The notes below the pieces were generated by a model that searched no databases, was not told where the DNA came from, and saw only the letters and a program-made list of their open reading frames with translations. A program made the translations under genes and the position numbers. 64,000 bases of DNA from positions 20,212,001 to 20,276,000 of the forward strand of contig JBITNC010000002.1 in assembly GCA_050084985.1 (NCBI GenBank), read 5' to 3'. Source of the DNA: Nageia nagi (Eukaryota; Plantae; Pinophyta). Positions 12,901-25,547 of the stretch are shown here, piece after piece; the stretch's first letter is position 1, and each line of letters opens with the position of its first letter.

Positions 12901-13207
12901 ATCAATAAAAGTGACAAAATAAGATGAGCCTCCAAGTGAGCAAACCTGTGCAGGACCCCACACATCTGTATGAACAAGCTCTAATTTGTGACTCTTCTTT
13001 TCTTTGCCAACTTTAAGAAAATTAACCCTTTTTTGTTTTCCATACACACAATCTTCACAAAATCCTAAATCAACTTCTTTAAGATTAGGGAGTGAACCAT
13101 TAGAGTGTAACATTTTCATACCTTTCTCACTCATATGTCCAAGTCTATTATGCCATAGTGATGTATCATTGCCTATTGAAACAAGATTCAATGAATAATC
13201 AGTTTGG
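9930..13207 (-). mobile_element. 5'-truncated Ty1/copia element (Tnt1/Tto1-like) with an intact 3' LTR
   Basis: LTR 9930-10476 (TGTTAG...CTAACA), PPT AGTGGGAGAT at 10486-10477, and pol from the GAG-pre-integrase region onward. No gag, protease or 5' LTR. Confidence 0.92.
10545..13207 (-). pseudogene. Copia pol: GAG-pre-integrase, integrase, RT, RNase H
   Basis: LWHNRLGH..CEDC, LELVHTDVWGP, DNGGEF, PQENGVAERMNRT, YKARLVVKG, LYGLKQAPRQW, LLYVDDML and ALSTTEAEY. A single TAG at 10749-10747 interrupts DS(Q)SAIHLAKN, and the frame continues HSRTKHI...NPADMFTK. Confidence 0.97.
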
Positions 13208-13209
13208 GG

Positions 13210-13322
13210 ATAAAGAGACATTGGAGCCTCATTTTCTCACTCCTAGACCCCTCATTGGAACTTAATGCACCCATGCTTCCCACATTGGCATGTCTAACCC
13301 CTAGGCATCCACATTGGGTATT
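13210..13322. repeat. Inverted templated filler at the Copia truncation junction
   Basis: 13210-13233 is the reverse complement of 14638-14661, and 13238-13322 is the reverse complement of 14740-14824, with no mismatch by eye. Confidence 0.92.
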
Positions 13323-15511
13323 CCCCCAATCATTATCAAGATCTCCAAGTGCAATAATAACTCCTAATCTAAACTTGGGAGGGAGATGTCCCACTTGGGC
13401 CTCACAGTGGGGTCCATTGACCCATTAAGTCTTTTATTCCAAGTTATAAACATGAAAGTACAATGCATTAAATAAAATATATTACAAGAGGAACCTATCA
13501 GTCCTCACCATTAATTACAAATAGATAAGGCGGACATCACAAAGCCTCCCCTCACGAATTGCTTGCCATCAAGAAATGGTGGAAGACTATAGTATATTGT
13601 CTTTTAAGAATCCTTCAATCCTGGGAGCTATGGTCTGTGTCAATAGAATGCAACTTCAATATTCTCCATCCAAGATAGCAATGTGGTGTTCATTGATGAA
13701 GTCTCATGCAAACTCTCTAGTTTGTTGTAGTTGTCACTCCTCATCAGCTGTTGCATGACAGTCCTCAAGGTCCATGAGAATGTATGTATATCTTTATGGA
13801 AATATACCTACAAGAACATTAAAAAAATCATGAGTGAGTGAAAATAGATGTGATGTCGGACCATCTCTAAGCTCATCATGGAGTGCCAAACTCCCCCACT
13901 GTAAGCACCCAAAATATAACTCAAGTGCAAAATCAACAATATCAATTACAATCACCTGATATCAGGCCTAAGGCATCAAACACAAGCATTCAAACCCTCA
14001 AGATAGCAACATTAGCATTAGGTCATCCACTTCAAGTAATTATAATTAAAGTATGCCAACTTCTAAGCTAGGGCATCAATAATACACATGTACAACACCA
14101 AGATGCCAACATTTGGCCAATATAAGCATATATCAATGAACAACACTCCTCAATGCCAACACATGGCTCACACAAGCATACATACATAATAATACTCCAA
14201 CGATGCACAAGATAAGTATACACAACACAAGTATGAGATCTAAAGCCCCAACGGTTGTATGTGTGATTTAGAATGACAACAATACAATATCAAGCCCAAG
14301 AGGGCTGATGTTGGTCTCTAAGGAGCCAACTAGGGCACAATTTGCAAGTCTCTCATTGCTAGAACAATATCAAAACCATGGGACAGTACGCTCCCTCAAA
14401 ATTTGAATCCTCTCCATCAAAGGAGCCCTCCTCAAACCTTGGATAACCACTGAAGGTAGAAGCAATACATATAATACCATCAGGTGGGCAAGGGCGTTGC
14501 TCCAAGGCCATAGACAATCAAGATCCCTTAACTTGGAAGCCCTCCTAGATGTTGCACCTAAGGGATATGCTTAGCACCGCTAAGTCCTATTATCCTTTAG
14601 ATGATATGAAGTATAATGATAATCAAGTATATCCAACAATGAGGCTCCAATGTCTCTTTATACATTTTCTCTGTTCGGATCTCACTTAGGAGTCATCACC
14701 TAGCTCCTTTAATCCAATGTTGGCCACCTGAGGGCTTGAAATACCCAATGTGGATGCCTAGGGGTTAGACATGCCAATGTGGGAAGCATGGGTGCATTAA
14801 GTTCCAATGAGGGGTCTAGGAGTGCCATGCATGCCCACGTGGGTCTAGAAGTGCCATGCATGCCCACATGGGTCAAGGGGTCATGCATGGGGGTCTTGGT
14901 GTTAAGTTGGGCCAACGTGGGGATATGGGAGCCTCCCTAGGCTAACGCATGCATGTAGGTGTCTAGCTGATCATCTCAATGTAATAAAATACCTTAGGAT
15001 TCCCACAATCATTATCAAAATCTCTAAGTACAATAATAACTCCTAATCTAGGCTTGGGAGGGAGACCTATCACTTGGGCCTCACAATGGGGTCCATTGAC
15101 CCATTAAGTCTTCTATCCCAAGTTATAAACATGAAAGTACAATGCATTAAATAAAATATATTACAAGAGGAACCTATCGACCCTCACCATTAATTACAAC
15201 TAGACAAGGGGATCGTCACATTTGACCTAGACGTCAACCTTATTGGGGCATCTTGCATTGTAATTGCTCCATCGTTAATATAATTTGAGACATTGGCACT
15301 TGTTCTCATCTTTTGCTTGTGCATTGAGATATTTTTGGCATTATTTCCTTATTTCTTACTCATTTCCTAATTCATTGTATAATTGGCTAATTATTTGGAA
15401 TAAGAAAATTTTGGGAACATCACAATGGTGTTAGAGCTATAATCCTGCCATCTTATGGCAGGATTGTTGAATGCAAGGAGGCAACATTAGGATCTAGTTT
15501 GACATAGTTGG

Positions 15512-17440
15512 ATGAATGAGTTAGAGCATTCGCATGAAGATGACGAAGAGGTGAATGAGCAAAGGACGAATCCACCTAAAGATCCAACCAAAAAGAGGTT
15601 TGATGACCTATTGAACATGATGAAAATAATTATGGAGCAAATACAACAACAAAATGAGTGCATAGCTAGGAAAGAAGGGCAAGAGAGGGACGTAGAGGCT
15701 GGAGGAAGTGGTAGGATGCCCCATACTAAAAGAACCACCTGTACTTATGAGAGGGAGCCAAGAGGAGAAGAAGCATTCATGCATAAGACTTGCGAGAAAA
15801 ACCTAGAAGAAGAAGAAGCATTCTTGCATAGATCCAGAGGCTTAGGGGATAATTGAGGAGATCCAATATTTTAGAGGTCTAGATTTACTAGAATGGTGGA
15901 CGATGGGGAATACTCACTATTAAGGATAAGATCTACCAGAGATTCACTCACCGAAGAACTAATGATGGACTTTTTTTTTTTAGAGTAATGTGTTAAAGAT
16001 GGTTTCGACACCTCCACCTCTACCACATCCTAGCAAGCCCATGTATTTGCCAAGGCAAGAGAGTAGTATGAGCTTGATATCTTCACTTGAGCTCAATTAG
16101 TTGTATCAGAAGCACTCTTTGAATTCACCAAAATTCAAGAGTGATGTCACTTTCTCCATGTATTTGGAATTTTTGGGCAAGAAAGCCAATGAGAGCCATT
16201 CTCAAGGCGGATCAAAGAAGGATAAGAGATATCTACAATAGAGGCTAAGCAGAATGCAAGTTCCCTTGTTCGATGGCAGCAACATGATGACTATAAGCGC
16301 ATGGCTACAAACGTTGCAGAAATACTTCATGCTTAGTTCCATGAATGAGGAGGATGCCATACAATTTGGCACCCTACAATGGATGGCCTAGCGTATGATT
16401 GGTGGCAACATGGGATGACTACGAAGGTTATGGAGAAGGATGATAGACTGCTTCGATCGGAAGGATCAGGATGATTACTTCATTCTGATGATAATAAAGC
16501 AAAGGGGTTTAGTGGAAGAGTATGTGGCATAATTCCAGCGGATCGCTATAATGGTTCTAACATTTCAAAGAAGAGGGTTATCTTCCTTTTCATGGAAGGA
16601 TTAGCAGAGCCATTAAGGGATTATTTAAGGCTTTCTCTCCAACATAGATGCAAGATGGCATCAAGAGGACATTAGATTTGGAACCTGGTTTGATGAGAAT
16701 CAAACCCACCATTCCAACTAGGATGGGGATGTATGGGAGAGAGACGTTGGAGGTAGGACCTCTAACCACCAAAAGGAGTCATCCGCTAGGAGAGAGGAAG
16801 ATGAACTAGAAGATAAGAAACAAGTTAAGGAAGAGGAACTTGTGCTTCAGTTGTAAAAACCCTGGGAGCTGACCATAGGTACTTAAGCAAAGGAAAAGTA
16901 CACTAAATTGAAGTGCTTTCGAAGGATAATGACTTAAATTTAGAGCTAGACTTGGGAAGAGTGGATTTAATGCAAGAATGTCTTGCTCTTGATAGTAAGG
17001 ATGCCATATGAGGTATGATTGCCTGACTTTATGGAGTACCCAAATACTTCACGCTTAATGTGAAGAGGATGGTTGCAAACCAATAAGTGATGATGTTGAT
17101 AGATTTAGGAGCCACACACAATTTCATTAATGAAGAATTTGTGCACAAGAAGGGACTAAAGACCAAGGAGTTTGAAGGATTCCATGTGACCAACGGTAAT
17201 GGGAAACTCTTGTTGGTGGACAAGATAGTGGAGAAGTTTGGTGTAATGGTTCATGATTATGTGGCTAAGGAAGACTTCTACATCTACCCCTTATATGTTA
17301 TTCCTCACTTGATTTTGGGAGTGCAATGGTTGTACAACTTGGGACATATCTGCTCAAATTATCAAAAGTTGGTGATAAAATTTGAAGTAGATGGGAAGGA
17401 ATACACAATGCAAGGTATCAAGGATTACTTTCCTCAACCT
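15512..17440 (+). pseudogene. Degenerate gag and retropepsin protease of the 8260-23988 element
   Basis: MQVPLFDG and YDWWQHGM gag remnants near 16250-16420. LIDLGATHNFI...LILGVQWL is in ORF 17087-17596. Homologous to the 58612-56457 gag-protease. Confidence 0.8.
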
Positions 17441-17471
17441 TCATCGATATGCTTAGAGAGAGTGTCTGAAG

Positions 17472-18194
17472 GCAAACCACTTGATGAAGAGGACATCACA
17501 CTAGCCATGAAGGATAATGCCCTAGAGGAGCCACGTGAGGATGTGGAGTCATCTTTAGCATTAAGAGTTGGACGTCATGAGTTGGGATGCATGTAGAGGA
17601 GATATGTGAAGTTGGAAAGGCCAATCTTTGCCTTGGAACAATTCGCCCATTTTGTGGTGCATGTTTTAAACATTGAGGGAGTTAGTAATGACCATGAGAG
17701 CTTTGGTTGGGGGTATTTCATGAATGGTAATCTTGCTTTGTTGATTTCTGATTGCATATTGGGTTTTGGTACACAATGAATCTTGGGAAAAAGTTGATAA
17801 CATTGAGGAGATTGTAGCACTCTCAATGGCTACCTTTGGTGGACTAGTGGACACATGCTTGGATGTTGAGGCTCCTGCTCCATTTGATGATGTTATTGTT
17901 GACACAAATGTGCATGTGTGGGAGATTGCATTGAAGGATGTTGAGACTCTTTTTCATTTAATGGAGGCTTCATTGAATGAAGTAGAGACTACTGTTGATA
18001 CACTCATTGATTTTCCTCCATATGAGGATGGACTTGGCACCAATATACATGCATGGAGGATGACATTGATAACTTAAGGTATGAGCAGTGCTTGGACCTC
18101 ATTTGATGAGGATTGCGAGATTGATATTCATGCTTTGAGAACAACGCATAACCATGTACTGCTTCTAGTTGCAAAAGGGGCATTAATGATCTTC
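17472..18194. repeat. Copy 1 of a roughly 722-bp direct duplication (copy 2 at 21738-22459)
   Basis: GCAAACCACTTGA...GCATTAATGATCTTC occurs at both sites. The translations match (KPLDEEDITLAMKDN / KPLEEEDITLAMKDN; MATFGGLVDTCLD / MATYGRLVDTCLD). Confidence 0.95.
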
Positions 18195-18195
18195 T

Positions 18196-21100
18196 TCATA
18201 TGATTAATGCCAAATACAATTATAGTGAGGATTTGATGAATTTTGATGCTTGTGTGGTATTTGAAGCAATTTTAATTTATTTTGTGGAGTTGTTCTACTT
18301 GAAAAATATCATAAAAATAGATCATTCATATTTGGGAAAGCATAACTTTTGATAGATACATCCAATTAAGTTGATATTTTTTTCTTTGGATGGTTGTCGA
18401 AGATACCTTTCTAATGAGTATACACATGCCTACGTTTGTTTAGGGTTTGACCTTCATTTTGTCTATTTTCCTACAAACTATCCAAATTTATAATACTGCA
18501 GGAAGAGTGTGGACGTCGTGCAAATAATCATTTAGAGTGTCCATGTTGGGGAAATAATGGAATTATGGGGTAGATCAAAGGTCACAATCATTTCAAGAAG
18601 GAAGATGAAATGTAGGGTCATTAAACAGCCATTTCAAATGAATAGTCATGATTTTTGCAGTAAATACATCCTTAGAAACTTGTTGGGGGTTGTTGAAGCT
18701 AAGAGAAGGATTTGGTTGTGCAAGAGAAGGGTTTTGATCATTGGAGCTGCAAAACAAGGCCAACCTTGGTTGTAATCTTCATTCTTGTTGCAATAATAAA
18801 ATCTAAATACTCTTGAAAGTAGAAATTTACGTGTTCTCTTTATTTATGTGTGAATGGAATATTTAATGGTTGGTTCATTGATTTGAATTTGTAATCAATA
18901 TTGCACCATGAATTTTGGAGATATAGATAATAATGAAGTTTTAAATCTGTATTTGAGGATCCAAGTAAGCCATAGGCTTCTAGTGATTGCAAATACGATT
19001 GAGATTTTGTTGGGTATTTACTAATTTATTTCAAGGGTTTTATGGTTCTCTTGTATGCCTTTAACCGGACCCAAGAGTGAAAGTAATTTGGTTGAGAAAG
19101 ACCTAACAATTGGCTCTAGAATTTGGTTGAGAAATTAGAGAAAGATTGCTATGGAGAATGATGAATTGAAGAGGAAGATTGAAAGTCTGGAAGAAACACT
19201 TTAGTATATGATTAAAGAATTTGCAGAGTTGAAGGCTACCCAGAATGTTAATGCAAGAAAGGAATCGAATTCGCGAGAGAGTTCTCATCAAGCACAAAAA
19301 TTACCTTTGAAATTGGAGGTTAAATTTGATCTCAAATTCTTTGGAGGAGAGATTGATGCAGAAAAGTTAAATCAGTGACTGAAGCATATGGAGGTATTTT
19401 TTAAAGTGCAAAAGATTGAGGATGATAATGATAAGATTCAAGTAGCTACTCTCAAATTGGAAGGACATGATTTAGTTTGGTGGAACGCATATTGTGCTGC
19501 CATCAAGAATGGTGTTGATTTTTTTGTTACCAGTTGGAGGAGTTTCAAAGAGCTTCTACAAAATCAATTTTATCCTCTTGGCCATCAACAAAACCAAACC
19601 ATGGAGTGGTTCAATTTCAAGCAACGGAAAGGGAAAAGTATCCAAGAGTACACAATTGAATTCAAAAAGAGGGTTGCATTAATTGGGCTTTCCTTGAAGA
19701 GCCAAGAGATTTTGTTGAAATACATTAGAGGTTTGCATACTTATCTTCTTCATACTATTTTGCTTTTTAATCCTTCAAATTTGGATCAAATTTGTGTTTA
19801 GGCTCAACATTTGGAAGCTCGTGGGAAATACATAACGAAGGAGAAAGATTCCAAAAGGAAGCCACAAGACAAGGATAAAATCAATGTCACAACTAAGAAA
19901 AATGAGAGTAAGAAATCTCATTGCTCACATTGTAAAAAGGAGGGTCACGATGATGGAAAGTGTTGGTATTTACATCCATAACTTAGAACAAAATGGTTTA
20001 AAGAGAAATCTAAGTGAAAAATGTAGCAGTCACACAACAGGTTGAAAGTAATCAAGAAGATATTGAGATTATTGAATTTAATTCATATGTTGATGAATGC
20101 ATAAATTGTATAGCTATGAACAACTCATCTATAAAGTGTGAAGAGGAGAAAAGGATTCAGCTATTCTACATCAAGGTTCAAGTAATGAAGACCAAGGTTG
20201 ATGCTCTTGTTGACCTTGGTTCGTAAGTAAATATGATTTTAGAGGACTTGGTGCAGAAGTTGGGGTTGGAGACTTATCTTCATTCAAAGCCATATTCACT
20301 TGGATGGGTGAGCAAACAAATCAATATGCAAGTCATGCATAAATGTAAGTTGAGGTTTTCTATTAGTGTTTATTACATTGATGTGGTTGAATTAAATGTC
20401 CCTCTGGATGTTGTCAGAATAGTATTGGGAAATTCATACTTGTTTGATAGAGATGCTATGTATCATACGAGAGAAAATAAATATAAGCTTGTAAAAGATG
20501 GTAAAAACTTTATTTTAAAGTCTCATCCAAGAAAAAATAAAACTCTTGTTAGTGAAATGGCAAACAAGGTTGTGATTAATGATTCAAGGAAACTTAACAC
20601 TTATAACAATGAAAGCTCAAGAGAAAGGACAATGTGATCATACTGTAATGATAAAATCAACAAAGAGGAAGCCTAGACATCACAAGGAGGAGGAAACTTA
20701 AGCAGTAATACAAGTTCAAAAGGGATCTCACGGACCTATTGGAGGATCTCAATTACCAATCATACATATTGGAGGACTTATGACATGGAGTTCATGGACT
20801 AGTTCGGCTTATCATCCATAGGGAGAAGGATGGTATGGATCTACATGGGGGATTGTTGATCCTTTTCCTTATTTTTCATAAGCATTTAGAGACCAAATGC
20901 CTCCTCATTTGGGAGGTGTGATCCAAAAATGGATCATATGATTAATGCCAAATATCATTAGGGTGAGGATTTGATGAATTCTCATGCTTGGGTATTGTTT
21001 GGAGAAAGTTTAATTTATTTTATGGAGTTGTTCAACTTGGAAAATATCATAAAAATAGATCAATCATCTTTGGGAAGGCATAACTTTTGATAGAGACATC

Positions 21101-21727
21101 CAATTGAATCGAATCTTTTTGCAATGGATGTTCGTCGACGATATCTTTCCAACGAGCATACAAATGCCTATCTTTGATTAGGGTTTGACCTTCATTCTCT
21201 CTATTTTCCTACAAGCTATTCAAATCCAAAATACTGAAGGAAGAGCACCAACGTTGTGTAAACAATCATTTAGAGCATCCATGCTATGGAAATAATGGAA
21301 TTACAGGGCAGGTGAAAGGTCACAGTCATTTTAGGAAGGAAGATGAAATGTAGGGTCATTAAATGGCCATTTCCAATGAATAGTCATGGTTTTTGAAGTA
21401 AATACCCCCTTAGAAACTTGTTGGGGGTTGTTGAAGCTAGGAGAAGAATTTGGTCATGCAAGAGAAGGTTTCTAATCATTGGAGCTACAAAACAAGGTTA
21501 ACCTTGGTTGTAATCTTCATTCTTGTTGCAATAATAAAATCTAAAGACTCTTGAAAGTAGAAATTTATGTGTTCTCTATATTTATGTGTGAATGGAATGT
21601 TTAATGGCTGGTTCATTTTGTAATCAATATTGCACCATGAATTTTGGGGATATAGTTAGATAATAATGAAGTTTTAAATCTATATTTTAGGATCCAAGTA
21701 AGCCATAGGCTTTTGGTGATTACATAT
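18196..21727 (+). mobile_element. Nested gag-protease-only Ty3/gypsy-type element with trimmed termini
   Basis: LTR copies are 18196-19108 and about 20919-21727. A degenerate PBS follows 19108 and PPT GGGAGG is near 20911. Also seen: gag (QVATLKLEGHDLVWWN), knuckle CSHCKKEGHDDGKC (near 19922) and protease KVDALVDLGS. No RT/INT. Confidence 0.85.
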
Positions 21728-21737
21728 CAATGTGGAC

Positions 21738-23200
21738 GCAAACCACTTGAAGAGGAGGACATCACACTAGCCATGAAGGATAACACCCTAGAGGAGCCAT
21801 GTGAGGACATGGAGTCATCTTCAACATTGAGAGGAGGACATCATGATTTGGGATGTGTGGAGAGGAGATGTGTGAAGTTGGAAAGGCCAATATTTTCCTT
21901 GGCGCAATTTTTCCATTTTGTGGTGCACCTTCTAGATGTTGAGGGAGTCAATAATGACCATCAGAGCTTTGGTTGGAGGTATGTCATGAATGGTAATCTT
22001 GCTTTGTTGATTTTTGATTGTATATTGAGTTTGGTACACAGTGAATCCTAGGAAAAGATTGGTAGCATTGAGGAGATCGTAGCACTCTCAATGGCTACCT
22101 ATGGTAGACTAGTGGACACATGCTTGGACATTGAGGCTTTTGCTCCATTTGATGATGTTGTTGTTGACACAAATATGCATGTGTGGGAGATTGCATTGAA
22201 GGGCGTTGAGACTTTTTTTCATTTAATAGAGGCTTCATTGAATGAGGTAGAGACTGCTATTGATACACTCACCGATTTTTCTCCATATGAGAATGGACTT
22301 GGAACCAATATGCATGTGTGGAAGATGAAATTGATGACTAAAGGTATGAGCAGTGCTTGGATGTCATTTGATGAGGATTGTGAGGTTGATGTTCATGCTT
22401 TGAGGGAAACACATATCCATGTAGTGCCTATTATTGCAAAAGGGGCATTAATGATCTTCATGATCATTTGGGAAAGTTTTTATCACAAGCTTGAAGTTGC
22501 CAAGGTTGGAATAAGTTCATTGATTGTACTTGATGGTGATCTAGTTGTTGTTGGGAAAAAGACTATTTGGGGATTCCTTGGCAAAGCTTTGAAAACTTCC
22601 TTTCATTCTTCATGGGCTGCATTAGAGGGGAACATGAAAAAAGTACAATATGGAGAAGAGGGCATTGTGTGGGCTTCTATGAGCATTGTTGAGACTGATT
22701 TGTTGGTTGTCGTTAGAGCTCAATTGGAGATTTGTTGGATGGGACTCCTTGCATTGTTGGAGGGGATGGTGGAAGACCCAACGTGGGAAATCTTCTTGCC
22801 AAATCATGACATATGTTTGGGCCTTGTATGCTACTCCTCGGTTGACATACAGAAGGAAAGAGAGGCTACTACATCACTTGTATTCCCAATTTGTGATCAG
22901 TTTTGAATTAGAGCTAAGTTTGGGAAACATGAGTTAGTAGATTTCATACATGCTTACTTGCAATACATGAAATCTAAGGTTGGAAAGCACGAGTTAGTAG
23001 ATTTCATATATGCTTATTTGCAAGACATGAAATATGAAGCTTGTATAACAAAGATGGTCCTTTGGAAGTTATTCATAACATGTATGAATCTTGATGTTGC
23101 TAGTACACTAAAGATAAGACTCTACTACCTTGAAGAATCTATGGTCAACAAACATCTTCCATTGCTTCAGGTCAAGCGATTCGGGAAGGGAGGATTGTGA
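21738..23200 (+). pseudogene. Unknown, stop-interrupted ORF region downstream of the protease in the 8260-23988 element
   Basis: ORFs 21713-22051, 22091-22906 and 22958-23200. No domain recognised. It contains a 60-bp tandem duplication near 22911-23031. Confidence 0.45.
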
Positions 23201-24846
23201 TGTTCCCTTTCACTAGTCATTCCATTTTAGGGGTGATTTTGTAGTTAGTAGTGTTTGATGTATTGTGGGCATGATTGTAACCTTAGGATAGGAGACTTAT
23301 GGGTCCTATGGACCAATTGTGAGCCCCGATGTGGGGCATCTCCCTCTTAGAGATATATTATAGCATTTAAGTGTAATTGTGTGGATCCCAAGGCACAATG
23401 CATGATTAAAGGTTGAGTGCATGATTTGGTGTGATCCTGAGGCATGAGGAGGGATGCCCAACATAACTTCTCCTTGGTGGGTGTGTAAGCGCCCGACCTT
23501 GAGGGATTCCTATATATTTGGTTGGTGCAACATTAAGAAGACATCATTGAGCATATTTGGCATCTTCTATCTTCGGAGTGTGGCAACGCCATCTCTTGGG
23601 CCTCTTGTTGGACGAAAATCTAGCAAGGGACAAGTTTAGTGGGGCGTAGCCCTCACTAGATCTTGGCTAAGGATGAAAACCCTCACTCAATTCAGTTTTG
23701 CATCTCAGATCTGGGGGTTGAAGGCCCTAGCAGTGTGACATTAACTTTCTTGGTGCTTGTTGAGTTGTAACCTAGATTTGGTCCTTTGAGCTAGATGTCA
23801 GCCCTATTGATCCATCTTGCATTGTAATTGCTCCATCGTTAATATAATTTGAGACGTTGGCACTTGTTCTCATCTTTTGCTTGTGTGTTGAGGTATTTTT
23901 GGCATTATTTCCTTATTTCTTGCTCATTTCCTAATTCATTGCATTATTGGCTAATAATTTGGAACGAGGAAAATTTGGGAACATCACACTCTTTCCACGT
24001 AGTTGCTTTAGGACTATTTAGTGGTTTGGATTAGTTGGTGGGTTCTATGTAAAGAATTAGATTCCCTTAAAATAAGTGAAGGTTTTCAAATCCTTACCAA
24101 ACTTTGAAGTTGTAGTGGGGATTCTGCAATTTCTTCGTGGCATGCACCATCAGCTTTCTTCTTCATAATTACCTTGATCAATCTCTTCATACCATGGTTG
24201 TACTAAATCAAGATTCTGATCAATTGTAGAATGTTCATTTTCTCCCACACTCAATGAGTACAATTTGTAGAGACTACCATACCGTACTACCTTTGATATT
24301 GCTATTCTTCAACATGCTTGAGTCAAACTCTAATTTCATTCCCTCATATGCAATTTTACTAACAAATAGTAGAATTTTGGTTAACCCTAGAACATGTAAA
24401 ACATTATGGATTTGTTTGCATGTACCATTCAAGAGCTTTACCAAAATCACTCCTCCACCACATATCTGATGACTTCAATCATCATCCAAATAAACCTTCT
24501 TCTCATAAGAGATTTCCATAAATGACACAAATAAATATATGCATGGTGTCATATGTCATTCAACTCCTGAAACAATCTACCAAAGGTTTTGATCGCTTAC
24601 AATGATCGCTAACACTATCACAAATAACAAAGACTCTTCAACTCCTTCATTGGCTATATTTGCTTGTGGACTTGTCTTATTATCTTCTGCAAGATTTGTC
24701 GCTTTGTTCCAACAACTTTTTACATAATGACCTACTTGCTTGTCGTAGTGACATTTGAATCTTTTCTTCTTTGAACAACTTTCACCAATAGTGTTGGTTG
24801 GTTTCTCTTAATTCGGATAACTTTTCTTCCTAGCATAGAAGGCACT

Positions 24847-25185
24847 CTACACCTTATAGGAGTTGAGAAAAAAAGACATACACCCATGTCTTCGTAGATA
24901 CATCCTTGCAATCAAGTCCTTTGTCTCCAACTTTTGACACAATGTATCCCAAGCCTCCTTTGAGGTTTCCACACTGCTTACATGCAAAAAATGTGTATCC
25001 TTCAAGTTGAGCAAGATTGTGGCTAATGCTTTGCCATCTCTCTGCTCCCACCTAGTTGTGACTTCTCCATTAGCAAGCTTTAAAGTAGTTCCATTCACAA
25101 TTTTCCTTAGATATCCTCCTACCAACAACATGTTTGTCTTCACCTTCCACAAATGGAAGTTTTCTCCATCGAACTTCTCCACCAA
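24847..25185 (-). pseudogene. Copia gag N-terminus (DUF4219/UBN2-type)
   Basis: VEKFDGENFHLWKVK...WEQRDGKALATILLNL...SKEAWDTL. Confidence 0.85.
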
Positions 25186-25547
25186 TTTGATTTATTCACC
25201 ACTTTGGCCAACCATTTCTCCGTTTTCAGAATTACAAAATTTTCCTTTTTTCTAATCTATGGCTTGGTCCCCTCATTGCAAACTCAACTACAACACCATA
25301 TTAAAATACACATCCCTTATCAAATAGAGAGTGCAAGAAAAGCAAGAACAAAGAATTGCAAAGATAAAACAAAGATGCCTTTTATATTGAATGACTTAAT
25401 GTCACTTAAATAAACAAAGGTTGTGTATCCCTCTTTACAAAAAAATAGATGGGGTCTAAAATTAGACTACCTCAAAATTAAACTTCACTAAATTTAGACT
25501 AAAAATTAATTCTAGACTACCAGTTGTGGAAGCTGATTATTCCAACA

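Larger units (their letters stand above)
8846..15220 (-). mobile_element. Non-coding LTR element (two LTRs of about 1.3 kb, 358-bp internal region), TSD TTTGA, inserted in the 5' LTR of the Gypsy element
   Basis: TTTGA occurs at 8841-8845 and 15221-15225. The LTR copies are 8846-13541 (interrupted) and 13900-15220, both TGTAAGCA...TCACA. A minus-strand PPT AGGGGAGGCTT lies at 13552-13542. Confidence 0.92.
8260..23988 (+). mobile_element. Non-autonomous Ty3/gypsy-type LTR element (gag + protease + unknown ORF; no RT/RH/INT seen), TSD CTCTT
   Basis: CTCTT occurs at 8255-8259 and 23989-23993. The 5' LTR is 8260-8845 plus 15226-15424 (split by an insertion) and the 3' LTR is 23196-23988 (TGTGATGTTCCC...GGGAACATCACA). 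PBS TGGTGTTAGAGC is at 15426-15437 and PPT GGGAAGGGAGGAT at 23183-23195. Confidence 0.92.
7392..25547 (-). mobile_element. Old, internally deleted Ty1/copia element (outermost member of the nest)
   Basis: 5' LTR is about 25547-25299 (TGTTGGAAT start on the minus strand), and the 3' LTR remnant at about 7392-7500 matches 25299-25410. Other remnants: gag N-terminus VEKFDGENFHLWK (25185-24847), a degenerate zinc knuckle near 24705-24760, a protease-like remnant near 24540-24590 and RT (8227-7560). Confidence 0.8.

Noticed and set aside
10747-13221. 824-aa ORF as an intact gene starting MSLYPQ
   Set aside because: The ATG lies in the inverted filler, gag and protease are missing, and RNase H is cut by a premature TAG.
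13204-14915. Two ORFs sharing the peptide LLDPSLELNAPMLPTLACLTPRHPHWVF
   Set aside because: This is a by-product of the 85-nt inverted copy of non-coding LTR sequence.
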